From the IMG/VR virus record IMGVR_UViG_3300004151_000006, positions 222,689 to 286,688 of that record: a stretch of 64,000 nt of DNA. The stretch is one strand, 5' to 3'. The translations under genes were made by a program, and so were the position numbers. Under the pieces are notes generated by a model, which ran no database searches, had not been told where the DNA came from, and saw only the letters and a list, made by a program, of their open reading frames with translations. Each line of letters opens with the position of its first letter. The stretch's first letter is position 1. Positions 10,201-19,453 of the stretch are shown piece after piece.

Positions 10201-11174
10201 CTAAAGATCAAGATAAGATCAAATGGTTGACGGAACATCAAGGTAAGACAGTAGCTGCCAATGAATCCCTGATATCACATGTGACTGATAAAATCATCTA
10301 TATTGAAGATGAAGCACATCATTTGGTGAATGCTAATGAAGCACTCACTGTAGATAAGTACACTTACACCCCTGGGGATATAGTCATCAAATTCAAAGAT
10401 TGTAATTTAGTCTTCAATAGGTATCCCATGTATCAATCTTTGATCATGTGTGGGCTCGATCATTTCAATACCCAAGCATATACCTTTGATGAATTTAATA
10501 TGAAAGATGTATATTACTCACTCATGGAAGATAGGGGTATCAAATCTAACTACCTTAAAGCTGTTAATAGTTTCTTTGATCTCTTTATGGACCCTATCAC
10601 CAAAGATGTACTTCAGCAGATGGGTGAACCAACTAATGTACAAGATCTCCTGATCAGAGCCAGTGTATTACTTACTACCAAAGATCATAAAGAGGCTTCA
10701 TCTATAGCCAACCACCGTATCCGTAGCTATGAACAATTCAATGCTATCATCTATAATGAAATGGCTAGAGCCTATGCAGCCTATCAAGTGGGTAGAGGTA
10801 AAGGTAATACTTTCAGTGTGAATCCCAATGCTGTATTCCAACGTATCATCCAGAACCCATCATTCACTATCGTAGAAGATATCAATCCTATCCAGGAATT
10901 AAAAGAAAGAGCTGGATTTACTTTTGCTGGTGTGGGTGGTCGTACATCTGAATCTTTTGTAGTGGATGATAGACGGTATCCTGAAGATGGTATTGGTATC
11001 ATCTCTGAATCTACAGTCGATAATGCTAAGGTCTCCATGAATGCTTATCTCACTGTTGATCCAACTATAGCTAATACTCGTGGTATCATTGATATTGAAG
11101 CTTTAAATAAATTAAGTTCTAGTAATGTACTCAGTGTCACTGCACTTAATGCACCATGTGCAATGCATGATGAT
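7209..11174 (+). CDS. Phage multisubunit RNA polymerase beta subunit (phiKZ gp178-like, virion RNAP), exon 1; contains nucleotidyltransferase insert
   Basis: DINPIQELKE..TFAGVGGR, GIISESTVDNAKV and PCAMHDD (beta HDDANR region); joins exon 2 to give about 1704 aa. Confidence 0.88.
9810..10229 (+). other. In-frame Pol-beta-superfamily nucleotidyltransferase domain inside RNAP beta
   Basis: ISGSAAM, DLDIVV, LEI and RPKD..KIKWL; homologous to 31179-31586. Confidence 0.85.
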
Positions 11175-11554
11175 GGAGATGTTGAATACACAGAAGATTC
11201 AGCATTATCTCTCTGTCCCACCAAATAGTGATATTTGGATGGTATCTCCCCTAATTGCTGGGATACCCTTAGAGCCATTCTACCTAAGCGGAGTGTGAAA
11301 ACACACACGTGTCGAAAGACAGGTTGGAAAAGTGAATGGATTGGGTAATCAGCAGCGAAGTCCCTAAAGACACTATGTCCATGGGATGTGTTCAACGACT
11401 GACCGCTTATCACGGTGTACACACTGAGTGGTGTGGAAATGGGGAGCACCCCAAGTGGGTGAAGGTATAGTCTCATCTGCATTGAAAGATGCAGCAGTAC
11501 AGTATATTTATACTGTACGGGATTGTAGGTAACGCTACAGTCCGAAGACACATG
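11175..11554 (+). ncRNA. Group I self-splicing intron (IA2-like), no ORF
   Basis: P AATTGCTGGGA (11253), Q AATCAGCAG (11347), R GTTCAACGACTGA (11390), S AAGGTATAGTC (11462); P3 CTCCCC/GGGGAG; exon ends in U and intron in G; splicing restores HDD-SKRISF in frame. Confidence 0.92.
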
Positions 11555-12703
11555 AGCAAACGCATAAGTTTTATATCTACCCAGATGAGTCATGTGGTGG
11601 CTACTAAAGACCTTGATCTTTGTAGAGTCCGTACTGGATATGAAAATATGATAGGACAACAATGTAGTAGTACATATGTTGGTATAGCAAAACAAGATGG
11701 TGTAATCACACAAGTAGATAGAGCTAATAATATCCTTAGAGTGGATTATAAAGATGGAACAGCTGATGTGTATAGTTTTGGTGAACAATACACCAATATC
11801 TCTGGTATGTATATTACACAACATCTCATTTGTGTCGTAGACCAGGGTGATAAAGTAAAGAAAGGTGATATACTCTGTTTCAATGATCAATATTTTAAAA
11901 TGGATAAATATACTAAACAATTAAATGCTGGACATGGTGTGTTAGCTAAAGTGGTACTTATGGAGACCGATAATACACTTGAAGACAGTAATGCTATCAC
12001 TAAACAGTTTGGTAAAAGACTTACCATCACACCCACACATACTCGAGATATTGTATTGACTAAAAATAGTGTGATACATCAATATCTTACAATAGGTACA
12101 CATGTAAAGAATACTGATACTATATTGGTGTTTGAAGATGAAGATCTTGGCGATATGGGATCACTCACTGGTGGGGATATCTCAACTTTAGAGATGTTAA
12201 AGACACTTAATAAAAATATGCCTAAAGCTAAACATAGTGGTGAAATAGTCAAGATAGAGGCTTTTTATGCCTGTCCTATATCTGAGATGGGTGAATCTGT
12301 AGCTAAACTTGTCACTGAATGTAATAAATCTAAATTAACTAAATATAAGTTCTCTCGTGGTACCAATATGGAATATGATTATATTCCGCCCACAGTACTT
12401 CCTGAAAGGACTAAATATAAAGGTAATGAATTTGATAAGGATACGGTAGTCATTCAGTTTTATATCAAAGAGGATATAGCACATGGTGTTGGTGATAAAG
12501 CTGTACTTGGAAATCAATTAAAAAGTACCTCTAATGAAGTATTAGAAGAACCTATTCTTTCTGAATCTGGTATAGAGATAGATGTCGTATTTGGTACTGC
12601 TAGTGTAGCAAATCGTGTTGTACTTGGATGCTTTTTATCTGGTAGTGCATCTAGAGTATTGGAAGAATTACAATATCAAGCTGTAGATATGTATTTTAAT
12701 TAA
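11555..12703 (+). CDS. RNA polymerase beta subunit, exon 2
   Basis: SKRISFISTQMSH, VKKGDIL, EDS, GDKAVLGNQLKS and IDVVF..SVANR motifs. Confidence 0.88.
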   Translation, partial: SKRISFISTQMSHVVATKDLDLCRVRTGYENMIGQQCSSTYVGIAKQDGVITQVDRANNILRVDYKDGTADVYSFGEQYTNISGMYITQHLICVVDQGDKVKKGDILCFNDQYFKMDKYTKQLNAGHGVLAKVVLMETDNTLEDSNAITKQFGKRLTITPTHTRDIVLTKNSVIHQYLTIGTHVKNTDTILVFEDEDLGDMGSLTGGDISTLEMLKTLNKNMPKAKHSGEIVKIEAFYACPISEMGESVAKLVTECNKSKLTKYKFSRGTNMEYDYIPPTVLPERTKYKGNEFDKDTVVIQFYIKEDIAHGVGDKAVLGNQLKSTSNEVLEEPILSESGIEIDVVFGTASVANRVVLGCFLSGSASRVLEELQYQAVDMYFN

Positions 12704-12713
12704 CTACTGATAG

Positions 12714-12749
12714 AGATGGATGTAGGGGCATATGCCCCTACATCCATCT
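12714..12749. terminator. Perfect 36-bp palindrome
   Basis: AGATGGATGTAGGGGCAT|ATGCCCCTACATCCATCT. Confidence 0.6.
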
Positions 12750-12755
12750 GCATTG

Positions 12756-12777
12756 AATATATATATTATTCACATGA
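12756..12777 (+). promoter_or_regulatory. Putative early promoter
   Basis: TATATATTA-TTCACA-TGA. Confidence 0.65.
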
Positions 12778-12835
12778 TACAATGTATTTATTTTTAAGGA
12801 TCACTATCAATGATTTGAAATGGAGGTAAATCCAT

Positions 12836-13672
12836 ATGGGTAATGATTCAACAAATCATACAAAATTGATTCATAGTATATTAAATAATTTAGAAGATAC
12901 TGCCTATGGTCAGAAAAGAGAAATGATGCATGAGTTATATAACACCGATATCTATTGCCCATCAATTACTCCAATGAAAATACCATCATGTAAATCAGGA
13001 GTATTATCTATAATGAAAACATTTCCACTAGATATGAATCTTGGTAAAACTCTATATTTCAATGAATTGGAGATACGTAAATATGAAGCTTTTGATAGTG
13101 ATGTAAAGATACCAGAATCTATCACTGTAGGAAGCATTGCTTTATATTTATCTGAGAGTAAACAATGTAGTGTTATGGAACTTTACAGTACAATGGATCC
13201 TTATCAGAAATATAAATTAGCTATAGTGTTTAAAGATAATATGTTCATTGAACCATTGAAGATCTTTTTATTTCAAAAGTTATACAGTTATATGGGAGGG
13301 AGTCCATTATATCAGGATATACACAGTGTGTTTGGTAATGACAGTATCAATCTACGTGCGGATCCACGACATATATATGTAAAATGTAATAAAGATACAA
13401 TAAAACCACATGAGGTAACTAAATATATTTATTATGATAAATCAAATACATCATCAGAAACATTGAGTGGACGTTGGGATGATACATCCAGAGTAGAGTA
13501 TTTAAATTATAAACATGAATTGTATAAAGATGATACCTGCATACTACTTGAGATCTTACATATTGAAGATATAACTATATTGCATAAACATATGCATACA
13601 TCTAGACAATACACAAAGTTAGATAGCTGGTTAGGTGTAAATCTCAATATACGGAGTATCTATGGGATATAG
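12836..13672 (+). CDS. Hypothetical protein (paralog of next gene)
   Basis: GGAGGT SD; shares EIRKYE..IP and C-terminal WxGVxLxxxxIxGI with 13662-14675. Confidence 0.8.
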   Translation: MGNDSTNHTKLIHSILNNLEDTAYGQKREMMHELYNTDIYCPSITPMKIPSCKSGVLSIMKTFPLDMNLGKTLYFNELEIRKYEAFDSDVKIPESITVGSIALYLSESKQCSVMELYSTMDPYQKYKLAIVFKDNMFIEPLKIFLFQKLYSYMGGSPLYQDIHSVFGNDSINLRADPRHIYVKCNKDTIKPHEVTKYIYYDKSNTSSETLSGRWDDTSRVEYLNYKHELYKDDTCILLEILHIEDITILHKHMHTSRQYTKLDSWLGVNLNIRSIYGI

Positions 13673-14675
13673 TGGATGTGAGTTATTAAAACCCATATCA
13701 AGTACAAATCAAGATTTGATATATCGACCATATTTAATAAAAATACAAGATATAAACAAAGAAATAAAAGAGATAGAAGAAATATTAGAATGTAATAGAA
13801 GAATATATTACGATCGGTGTAATGATGGTTTTGATAATAAAAGTCTTGTAGAAAATATTGATTTATTAGTTAAAAAATTAGAAAAGAAAAGAATTGAATG
13901 GTGTGAATATGACAAGAAAATCAAGGAGGTAAAATTAATGAGTGTGACAAATCACATGAAAGATGAGATCGCATATCCATTTGGTATTAATATCAACAAT
14001 GCTATTCTCATAGATCCCATTGAAATCAGGAAATATGAATGCTTAGATACATGGTTGGCTATCCCAGATCAATTTGAAATCAAATGTATTGGTATGTATA
14101 GTACTAAAAATGGAAATAGTCGTGTTGTTGAATTGTATAATGGTACAGATATACTTAACAGTGAATACAAGATGAGTATTTTGACTACAGATGCAAAAGC
14201 TAATGCTATTAGAGAAATTATATTCTTTGAAAGAGCAGAGATCGGTAATGTGGTTACAGATATTGAACAATATCGTACATTACGAAAGATGTGTGGTGAT
14301 GGATATATCACTTTAAATTGGGAAAATGATGAAGTGCCAATGGAACGTATTTATACTCGTATATTGGATAATCAAGATCTGAGTAAATCATCAGAAAAGA
14401 CCATCTCTAATCATAAACTATTTTACAATAAAGTCATTGATCCAAAGAATAATAAAGAATATGCACATGAATGGAGTTTCCAATGTCCGATTGATAGTGT
14501 ACCATATATCACAATGTTGTATGAAGATAAAGATACTCAAGTTGGTGAATTGGTAGAATTTGATTGTTTCAATTATAGAGAAGGATATCGCGGTAGCGAT
14601 TTTAATGCAAGGCATGTAATTATTTGGGTGGGGGTAAAACTTAGTTTGACAAATATTAAAGGTATCTATGTTTAA
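13662..14675 (+). CDS. Hypothetical protein, coiled-coil N-terminus plus paralogous domain
   Basis: 337 aa; second in-frame start with AGGAGGT SD at 13938. Confidence 0.75.
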   Translation: MGYSGCELLKPISSTNQDLIYRPYLIKIQDINKEIKEIEEILECNRRIYYDRCNDGFDNKSLVENIDLLVKKLEKKRIEWCEYDKKIKEVKLMSVTNHMKDEIAYPFGININNAILIDPIEIRKYECLDTWLAIPDQFEIKCIGMYSTKNGNSRVVELYNGTDILNSEYKMSILTTDAKANAIREIIFFERAEIGNVVTDIEQYRTLRKMCGDGYITLNWENDEVPMERIYTRILDNQDLSKSSEKTISNHKLFYNKVIDPKNNKEYAHEWSFQCPIDSVPYITMLYEDKDTQVGELVEFDCFNYREGYRGSDFNARHVIIWVGVKLSLTNIKGIYV

Positions 14676-14681
14676 GGAGGG

Positions 14682-15662
14682 ATGATGAAAAAATATAGTT
14701 GGATAACTTTATTTATTTTATCAATAAGTCTCATTGCTAATATCACTTATGCTAAAGGTAGTAGTAGTAGTAGTAGTAGTTCTAGTGGAAGATCATCGTC
14801 ATCATTTTCTTCTAGTAGTAAATCTAGCAGTAGCTTCAGTAGTAGTAGTAAACCAAGTACACCCTCATATACTTCATCATCTAGTAAACCCACTGGTATT
14901 ACATCATCTAATTCAAGTAATACACCTAGCAGTACTATACCCAAGACACCAATAATTTATAGTAATACAACCAAGTCAACCACCATCTCTAGTGGTAGTA
15001 ATAATACAATCAAACCAAATAATCCACCTAAACTCAATTATATTCAGAATGCAAATACACCCACTAAAAAGACTGAAGATGTGAAAAGTTATCGTACGGA
15101 GAAAGCTCGATATACTTTTAATACTTCAACTCCTCCAGTGACTACAAGATCAACTATCCCAACGAGTAATCGTAGCTGGTCTAGTTATGATGAATACAAA
15201 TCTAATCAACGTAGGTATTATACTGAGCACAATTGGAATCCTCCTGTTTATATTTACAACACCTATCCTTCATTTGGTGGATTCTCTAATCCATGGTTAT
15301 TTTTCATGTTAGGTAATATGTCATCGAATTTCTTTTATCATAGACAAGATGATCCTGGTGTAAAGACATTCTTAGCTGAAGCAGAAAGATTATCTACTGA
15401 TAATAAAGAATTAAAAGATCAATTAGCTAAAGTAAAAGCTGATATGGAAAAATTGAAACAAGATGGTACTACTATAGAAAAAGAATATTTTCCCAAAGAT
15501 CAGGATCCTGATATAGCCACTGAATTGGAAATCGATGATGATGATGAAAGTAGTGATTTTGGTACTATCTTAGTATCTATCTTAATCATCGGTATGTTTA
15601 TTTGGATAGGTGTTGTAGCTATACGTATTTTACGTAGACATAAACAAAAGAGAGATTGGTAA
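14682..15662 (+). CDS. Secreted/membrane-anchored Ser/Thr-rich protein
   Basis: Signal peptide, poly-Ser (AGT repeats), coiled coil, C-terminal TM followed by basic tail. Confidence 0.8.
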   Translation: MMKKYSWITLFILSISLIANITYAKGSSSSSSSSSGRSSSSFSSSSKSSSSFSSSSKPSTPSYTSSSSKPTGITSSNSSNTPSSTIPKTPIIYSNTTKSTTISSGSNNTIKPNNPPKLNYIQNANTPTKKTEDVKSYRTEKARYTFNTSTPPVTTRSTIPTSNRSWSSYDEYKSNQRRYYTEHNWNPPVYIYNTYPSFGGFSNPWLFFMLGNMSSNFFYHRQDDPGVKTFLAEAERLSTDNKELKDQLAKVKADMEKLKQDGTTIEKEYFPKDQDPDIATELEIDDDDESSDFGTILVSILIIGMFIWIGVVAIRILRRHKQKRDW

Positions 15663-15787
15663 TGTATGAATGGATCGACCATTTATTGTTTGATAATCCA
15701 AGGCTTACTATCTATACATTACTTGGTATAATTGTTGGGATGATTATAAGTCTTATATACACTGTAATTCGCAGTAGATTCGAATAA
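15662..15787 (+). CDS. 41-aa single-TM peptide (not in ORF track)
   Basis: MYEWIDHLLFDNPRLTIYTLLGIIVGMIISLIYTVIRSRFE; TAATG coupling to upstream gene. Confidence 0.55.
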   Translation: MYEWIDHLLFDNPRLTIYTLLGIIVGMIISLIYTVIRSRFE

Positions 15788-15807
15788 ATCCTAAATACGG
15801 AGGTAGC

Positions 15808-16692
15808 ATGTTTTCACCAATTGCGGTTTTTGCAAGTATGATAGTGTTACTTGTTATAAGTCTTGGTGTGGGATGGCTTGTTAATGACATTACACAACCC
15901 TCTAACAGAAGGAGAAAGACCATGGGCCTGTTCGGAAAGCTGTTTGGCGTCAAAGTCGATCGCATCAAGGATGCCATCCTCAAGAGTGATGTCCTTGGTA
16001 ACCCCAATGACATTTCTGAAGCACAGCTGCGGGAATACCAGGAAAAGTGGGAAGAAATCACCACTCGTCTTGGCACTGCCACTCAGCGTCTGGCCAAAGA
16101 ACAGCGGGATGTGACTGAGCTTGAAGAAGCTATTCGCATCCACGTCATCGGTGCCAAGAAGATGCAGGAAAAGCGCGATGCTGCCGGCACCGAAGAAGAA
16201 AAGAATCGATTCCAGGTCAAGATCGACCAGATGGTCGGCGACATCAAGTCCATGCAGGCCAAAATGGACATCGAAAAGGCTGAAGCCACTACTGCTTCCA
16301 GCCATGTCAATCTGTTGCAGGAAGCGGCAGATAAATGCATGGAACGCATCAAGTCCCATCGCAAGGCTATCCAGGATGCCAAAGATAACCTTGAGTCTGC
16401 CAAGCTCAAGCGTGACATGGCCAAGGATCGTGAAGAAGATGCCAAGCTGGTCTCTGGCCTGGTAGATCCCAATGCCATCGGCATCAACAGTGCCCTGGAT
16501 GCCATCAACAAAGTGGCCCAGGATCTGGAACAAGAAGCTACCATCGCCAACCAGCGGGCTGACATGCTCCAGTCTGATGTGGCCAAGGATTCTCCGGATG
16601 CTGACATCCGTCAGGTCTTGGAAGAAGCCAAGAGCACCACTCCCAAGGGTACTCCTGAGTCCACTGACGACTTCTTGTCCAAGTTCAAATAG
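15808..16692 (+). CDS. pspA: PspA/IM30 (ESCRT-III-like) family protein; second start at 15922
   Basis: MGLFGKLFG amphipathic helix followed by long coiled coil; SDs before both 15808 and 15922; GC-rich codons. Confidence 0.72.
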   Translation: MFSPIAVFASMIVLLVISLGVGWLVNDITQPSNRRRKTMGLFGKLFGVKVDRIKDAILKSDVLGNPNDISEAQLREYQEKWEEITTRLGTATQRLAKEQRDVTELEEAIRIHVIGAKKMQEKRDAAGTEEEKNRFQVKIDQMVGDIKSMQAKMDIEKAEATTASSHVNLLQEAADKCMERIKSHRKAIQDAKDNLESAKLKRDMAKDREEDAKLVSGLVDPNAIGINSALDAINKVAQDLEQEATIANQRADMLQSDVAKDSPDADIRQVLEEAKSTTPKGTPESTDDFLSKFK

Positions 16693-16702
16693 CACATGCT
16701 AA

Positions 16703-16736
16703 GGATAGGGTGCACCCACATGGGTGCACTCTATCC
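16703..16736. terminator. Intergenic hairpin
   Basis: GGATAGGGTGCACCCA-CA-TGGGTGCACTCTATCC. Confidence 0.55.
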
Positions 16737-16760
16737 ACCTTGTTATCCATTTATTTTTTA

Positions 16761-16780
16761 AATATATATTATTTATTTGG
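16761..16780 (+). promoter_or_regulatory. Putative early promoter
   Basis: TATATATTA-TTTATT-TGG. Confidence 0.55.
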
Positions 16781-16813
16781 TGTTTATGTTAAAATCTATA
16801 AGGAGGATGTCAT

Positions 16814-17632
16814 ATGGCCAAACATTATAGGGCAGCATTGGTCCGTGGTGATATGGAACTTACCAGCAATCAAATCAAACAAAATAAAGCTCTTGTCAAA
16901 ATGTTTAATATGATGCGTGAAGAAGAATTCTATATGAATTTAGTGAACATATTATTTATGTATGCTACACAAAAGAAAGAATTAGAAGTCTTACCTGAAG
17001 ATATTGTATATATCACCATGGATGGAGATATCAAATTTAAGATGATATTGACTCAAGAAAACATTGATGTATTTAAACAAGCTGTTGTGAGAAGTGTCAT
17101 AGATGGTGAACACACCGTAGTGGAATCACACAGTATTTCAGATGTATTTTTAATGACTAAAAAGAACTTTGAAAAGTTTCATTATCGGGATACTCCGGGA
17201 AAGATCTTCGTGTTAGTCAGTGGTTTCAGCAAAGCAAATGCTCTTAAAATCCTGGAGCAATATGATAGCATGTTGGATAAATCCGACTGGGAGGATATTA
17301 CTCATGAAAAATATACAGAATTAAAATCGGGTATTGAAGCTATAGCTGAAGAGTATTTTTACAATAATGGTGTCCCCTACAACGATGACTCTATAGAACT
17401 CATGCTTGCAGTATCTATCATTTTGGATTCATTTACCATAATTGATTATGATTATTTAAATTGGTATAAATCCATTGGTAAAAAAGATGCTATGAATTTT
17501 CTTGAATTGTTGGAGGATGTCATTGAAGAAGACAAGTTGAACTATTATCAAGATCTTGATACATTGAAAGAAAAGATCAAAGTACTCAAAGAAGAGTTGT
17601 TGGCACATTACACCCCTAAACGTGTAAAATAA
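16814..17632 (+). CDS. Hypothetical protein
   Basis: 272 aa; AGGAGG SD. Confidence 0.8.
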   Translation: MAKHYRAALVRGDMELTSNQIKQNKALVKMFNMMREEEFYMNLVNILFMYATQKKELEVLPEDIVYITMDGDIKFKMILTQENIDVFKQAVVRSVIDGEHTVVESHSISDVFLMTKKNFEKFHYRDTPGKIFVLVSGFSKANALKILEQYDSMLDKSDWEDITHEKYTELKSGIEAIAEEYFYNNGVPYNDDSIELMLAVSIILDSFTIIDYDYLNWYKSIGKKDAMNFLELLEDVIEEDKLNYYQDLDTLKEKIKVLKEELLAHYTPKRVK

Positions 17633-17644
17633 AGGAGAGACTAT

Positions 17645-17911
17645 ATGTCCATTATTCTGGAATTGATACGGGCGCACCCATTTCTTACATATCTAAACAT
17701 AGGGATCTTAATTATTGCGTTTTCAATTTTGATCAGGTCTAATATCACCAAAACCAACATATTGAAAAAAATAAATGATCATATCTGCGATCGCATAATT
17801 TATGAAAATGTCAGTCCGATCTCCGTAGGGATTTCACTTTTCGTGTGTTTTCTTATTTGGCCACTGTTCATATTCTTATTGTTTTTCCATTTTACACCCA
17901 AAACCAAATAG
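17645..17911 (+). CDS. Small two-TM membrane protein
   Basis: Two hydrophobic segments; AAGGAG SD. Confidence 0.7.
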   Translation: MSIILELIRAHPFLTYLNIGILIIAFSILIRSNITKTNILKKINDHICDRIIYENVSPISVGISLFVCFLIWPLFIFLLFFHFTPKTK

Positions 17912-17927
17912 TAGGGGAATTTTTCAT

Positions 17928-18566
17928 ATGCTTCGTATTTGTATGCAGGATCTGGCTGATTTCGTCAATCAAGATTCTCCTGGACAGATCAAACATCTGG
18001 AAGACTTTATGTCTTATAATCTGGATGTTTTTCAAACCTTTAATAATATTGTGCGAAGTGGAAGGGTCAAACTTTCTACGGAAATCGGCAACCGCCCTTA
18101 CAATGAAATGACGGAGCAATTTACTGTGTTTTGGTGGATGCGTCATAGTAATGTTGAAACCACTTTGCTCATCTTACAATGGTTGAGTCAGAGTAATAAA
18201 TTCATTCATCGTGAGCAGGTGTTGGACATTTGTACCAAGGTATGTATCACCATTCTCAATCATTCCATTGATTATTATACCACCGAGAGGTATCTCGGAT
18301 TTGCTTTTCGTGTGGAACAATATTTGACCAATCCCATCAAAGATGCATCGGAGTTTGATGATATTGGAAAAGATATTGTAAGGGATTATTGTGATGCACA
18401 CTTGATCCTAAACCATATAACAGCTGAAGATAATGTGGCATGGTTTTGTTTAAAACGTATGCCTTGGGCAGCATACACTTTCTATCGAGATGATACTACC
18501 ACCAAGACATTTCCAATTGAGCTTCGATCAAAGATTGAAAAGCTTTTGGAGTATGAGCTTGGCTAA
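17928..18566 (+). CDS. Hypothetical protein
   Basis: 212-aa ORF within the operon. Confidence 0.7.
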   Translation: MLRICMQDLADFVNQDSPGQIKHLEDFMSYNLDVFQTFNNIVRSGRVKLSTEIGNRPYNEMTEQFTVFWWMRHSNVETTLLILQWLSQSNKFIHREQVLDICTKVCITILNHSIDYYTTERYLGFAFRVEQYLTNPIKDASEFDDIGKDIVRDYCDAHLILNHITAEDNVAWFCLKRMPWAAYTFYRDDTTTKTFPIELRSKIEKLLEYELG

Positions 18567-18594
18567 TGTATAAACACATCTAAACCCTTCTAAC

Positions 18595-18620
18595 TGGAGT
18601 GGGGAATATTCCCCACTCCA
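18595..18620. terminator. Perfect palindrome
   Basis: TGGAGTGGGGAAT|ATTCCCCACTCCA. Confidence 0.5.
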
Positions 18621-18632
18621 CCTGAGGTAATC

Positions 18633-19340
18633 ATGTATATCCAAATCACTGATCGTTGTAATATGTCATGTGTACATTGTGGTCATAATTGTACTACTGT
18701 TGGTAATGACATGGATGTTAAAACTTTTGCACAGTCCTGTAAATTGGCAGTTAAATTTCACTATGATATTTGTATTGGTGGAGGAGAACCAACACTCCAT
18801 AAAGATTTTGAAAGATTTCTTGAAATCAGCTTGGATCATTCTGATAATGTCAATTTGGTGACTAATGGAACCAACACCAAAATGTCCTTATTTTTAGCAG
18901 AATTGGCTGCTGACGGTATTATTCATTGCACACTATCTCTTGATAAATATCATGATCGTTCTATGGTTAGCCAAGATGTGATCAATGCATTTCAAAAGGA
19001 CACTACCAACAAAAAAGATCATCGACATATACAGGATGTCTCTGAACCAGGACACCGGCTAGTATATGCTGGACGAACAATACTCTCCAAAACAAAAGGT
19101 CTCATTGATCAGGAAATCAGAGATGATTGTTTTGGTCCTGGATTCCATGTGAAACCAGATGGTCGTTTATATCACTGTGCTTGTCAAATGGTCTCATACA
19201 ACACAGTGTTCAACCCCACTTTTCATCGAAACATTTATCGCACACGGTATACCTGTTCTGAACGGGATCCATGGCGCAAGTATTTGCGTATGACCAATGA
19301 TGATGAAGATTGGGAAAAGATGGTTTGGAGGGGATATTAA
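18633..19340 (+). CDS. Radical SAM protein with twitch/SPASM-like C-terminus
   Basis: CNMSCVHC, GGGEPTL, VTNG, SLD; C-terminal C...DGRLYHC. Confidence 0.9.
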   Translation: MYIQITDRCNMSCVHCGHNCTTVGNDMDVKTFAQSCKLAVKFHYDICIGGGEPTLHKDFERFLEISLDHSDNVNLVTNGTNTKMSLFLAELAADGIIHCTLSLDKYHDRSMVSQDVINAFQKDTTNKKDHRHIQDVSEPGHRLVYAGRTILSKTKGLIDQEIRDDCFGPGFHVKPDGRLYHCACQMVSYNTVFNPTFHRNIYRTRYTCSERDPWRKYLRMTNDDEDWEKMVWRGY

Positions 19341-19388
19341 ATTCAATGGATTTAATCAAATACTTTGATTTAACCTTTTAACATGTGA

Positions 19389-19432
19389 CACATAGCACAG
19401 ATGGTAGCACATGCTACCATCTGTGCTATGTG
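19389..19432. terminator. 21-bp-stem hairpin
   Basis: CACATAGCACAGATGGTAGCA-CA-TGCTACCATCTGTGCTATGTG. Confidence 0.55.
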
Positions 19433-19453
19433 ACTATTATAAGGAGTATTTTT

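Noticed and set aside
9700-10370. RNAP inserts as inteins
   Set aside because: No Cys/Ser-start block, no His-Asn end and no LAGLIDADG motifs; the motifs are NTase-like.
11175-11554. Stop-codon readthrough, frameshift or recoding joining the two beta ORFs
   Set aside because: The group I intron explains the join exactly, and TAA, TAG and TGA all end genes normally elsewhere.
11045-11920. 291-aa minus-strand ORF across the intron as a homing endonuclease
   Set aside because: It is antisense to both exons and the ribozyme core and has no nuclease motif; a shadow ORF.
14757-14850. AGT trinucleotide repeats as a non-coding array
   Set aside because: They encode poly-Ser in a secreted protein.
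15847-16695. 282-aa antisense ORF
   Set aside because: Shadow of the GC-rich pspA gene; no evident protein features.
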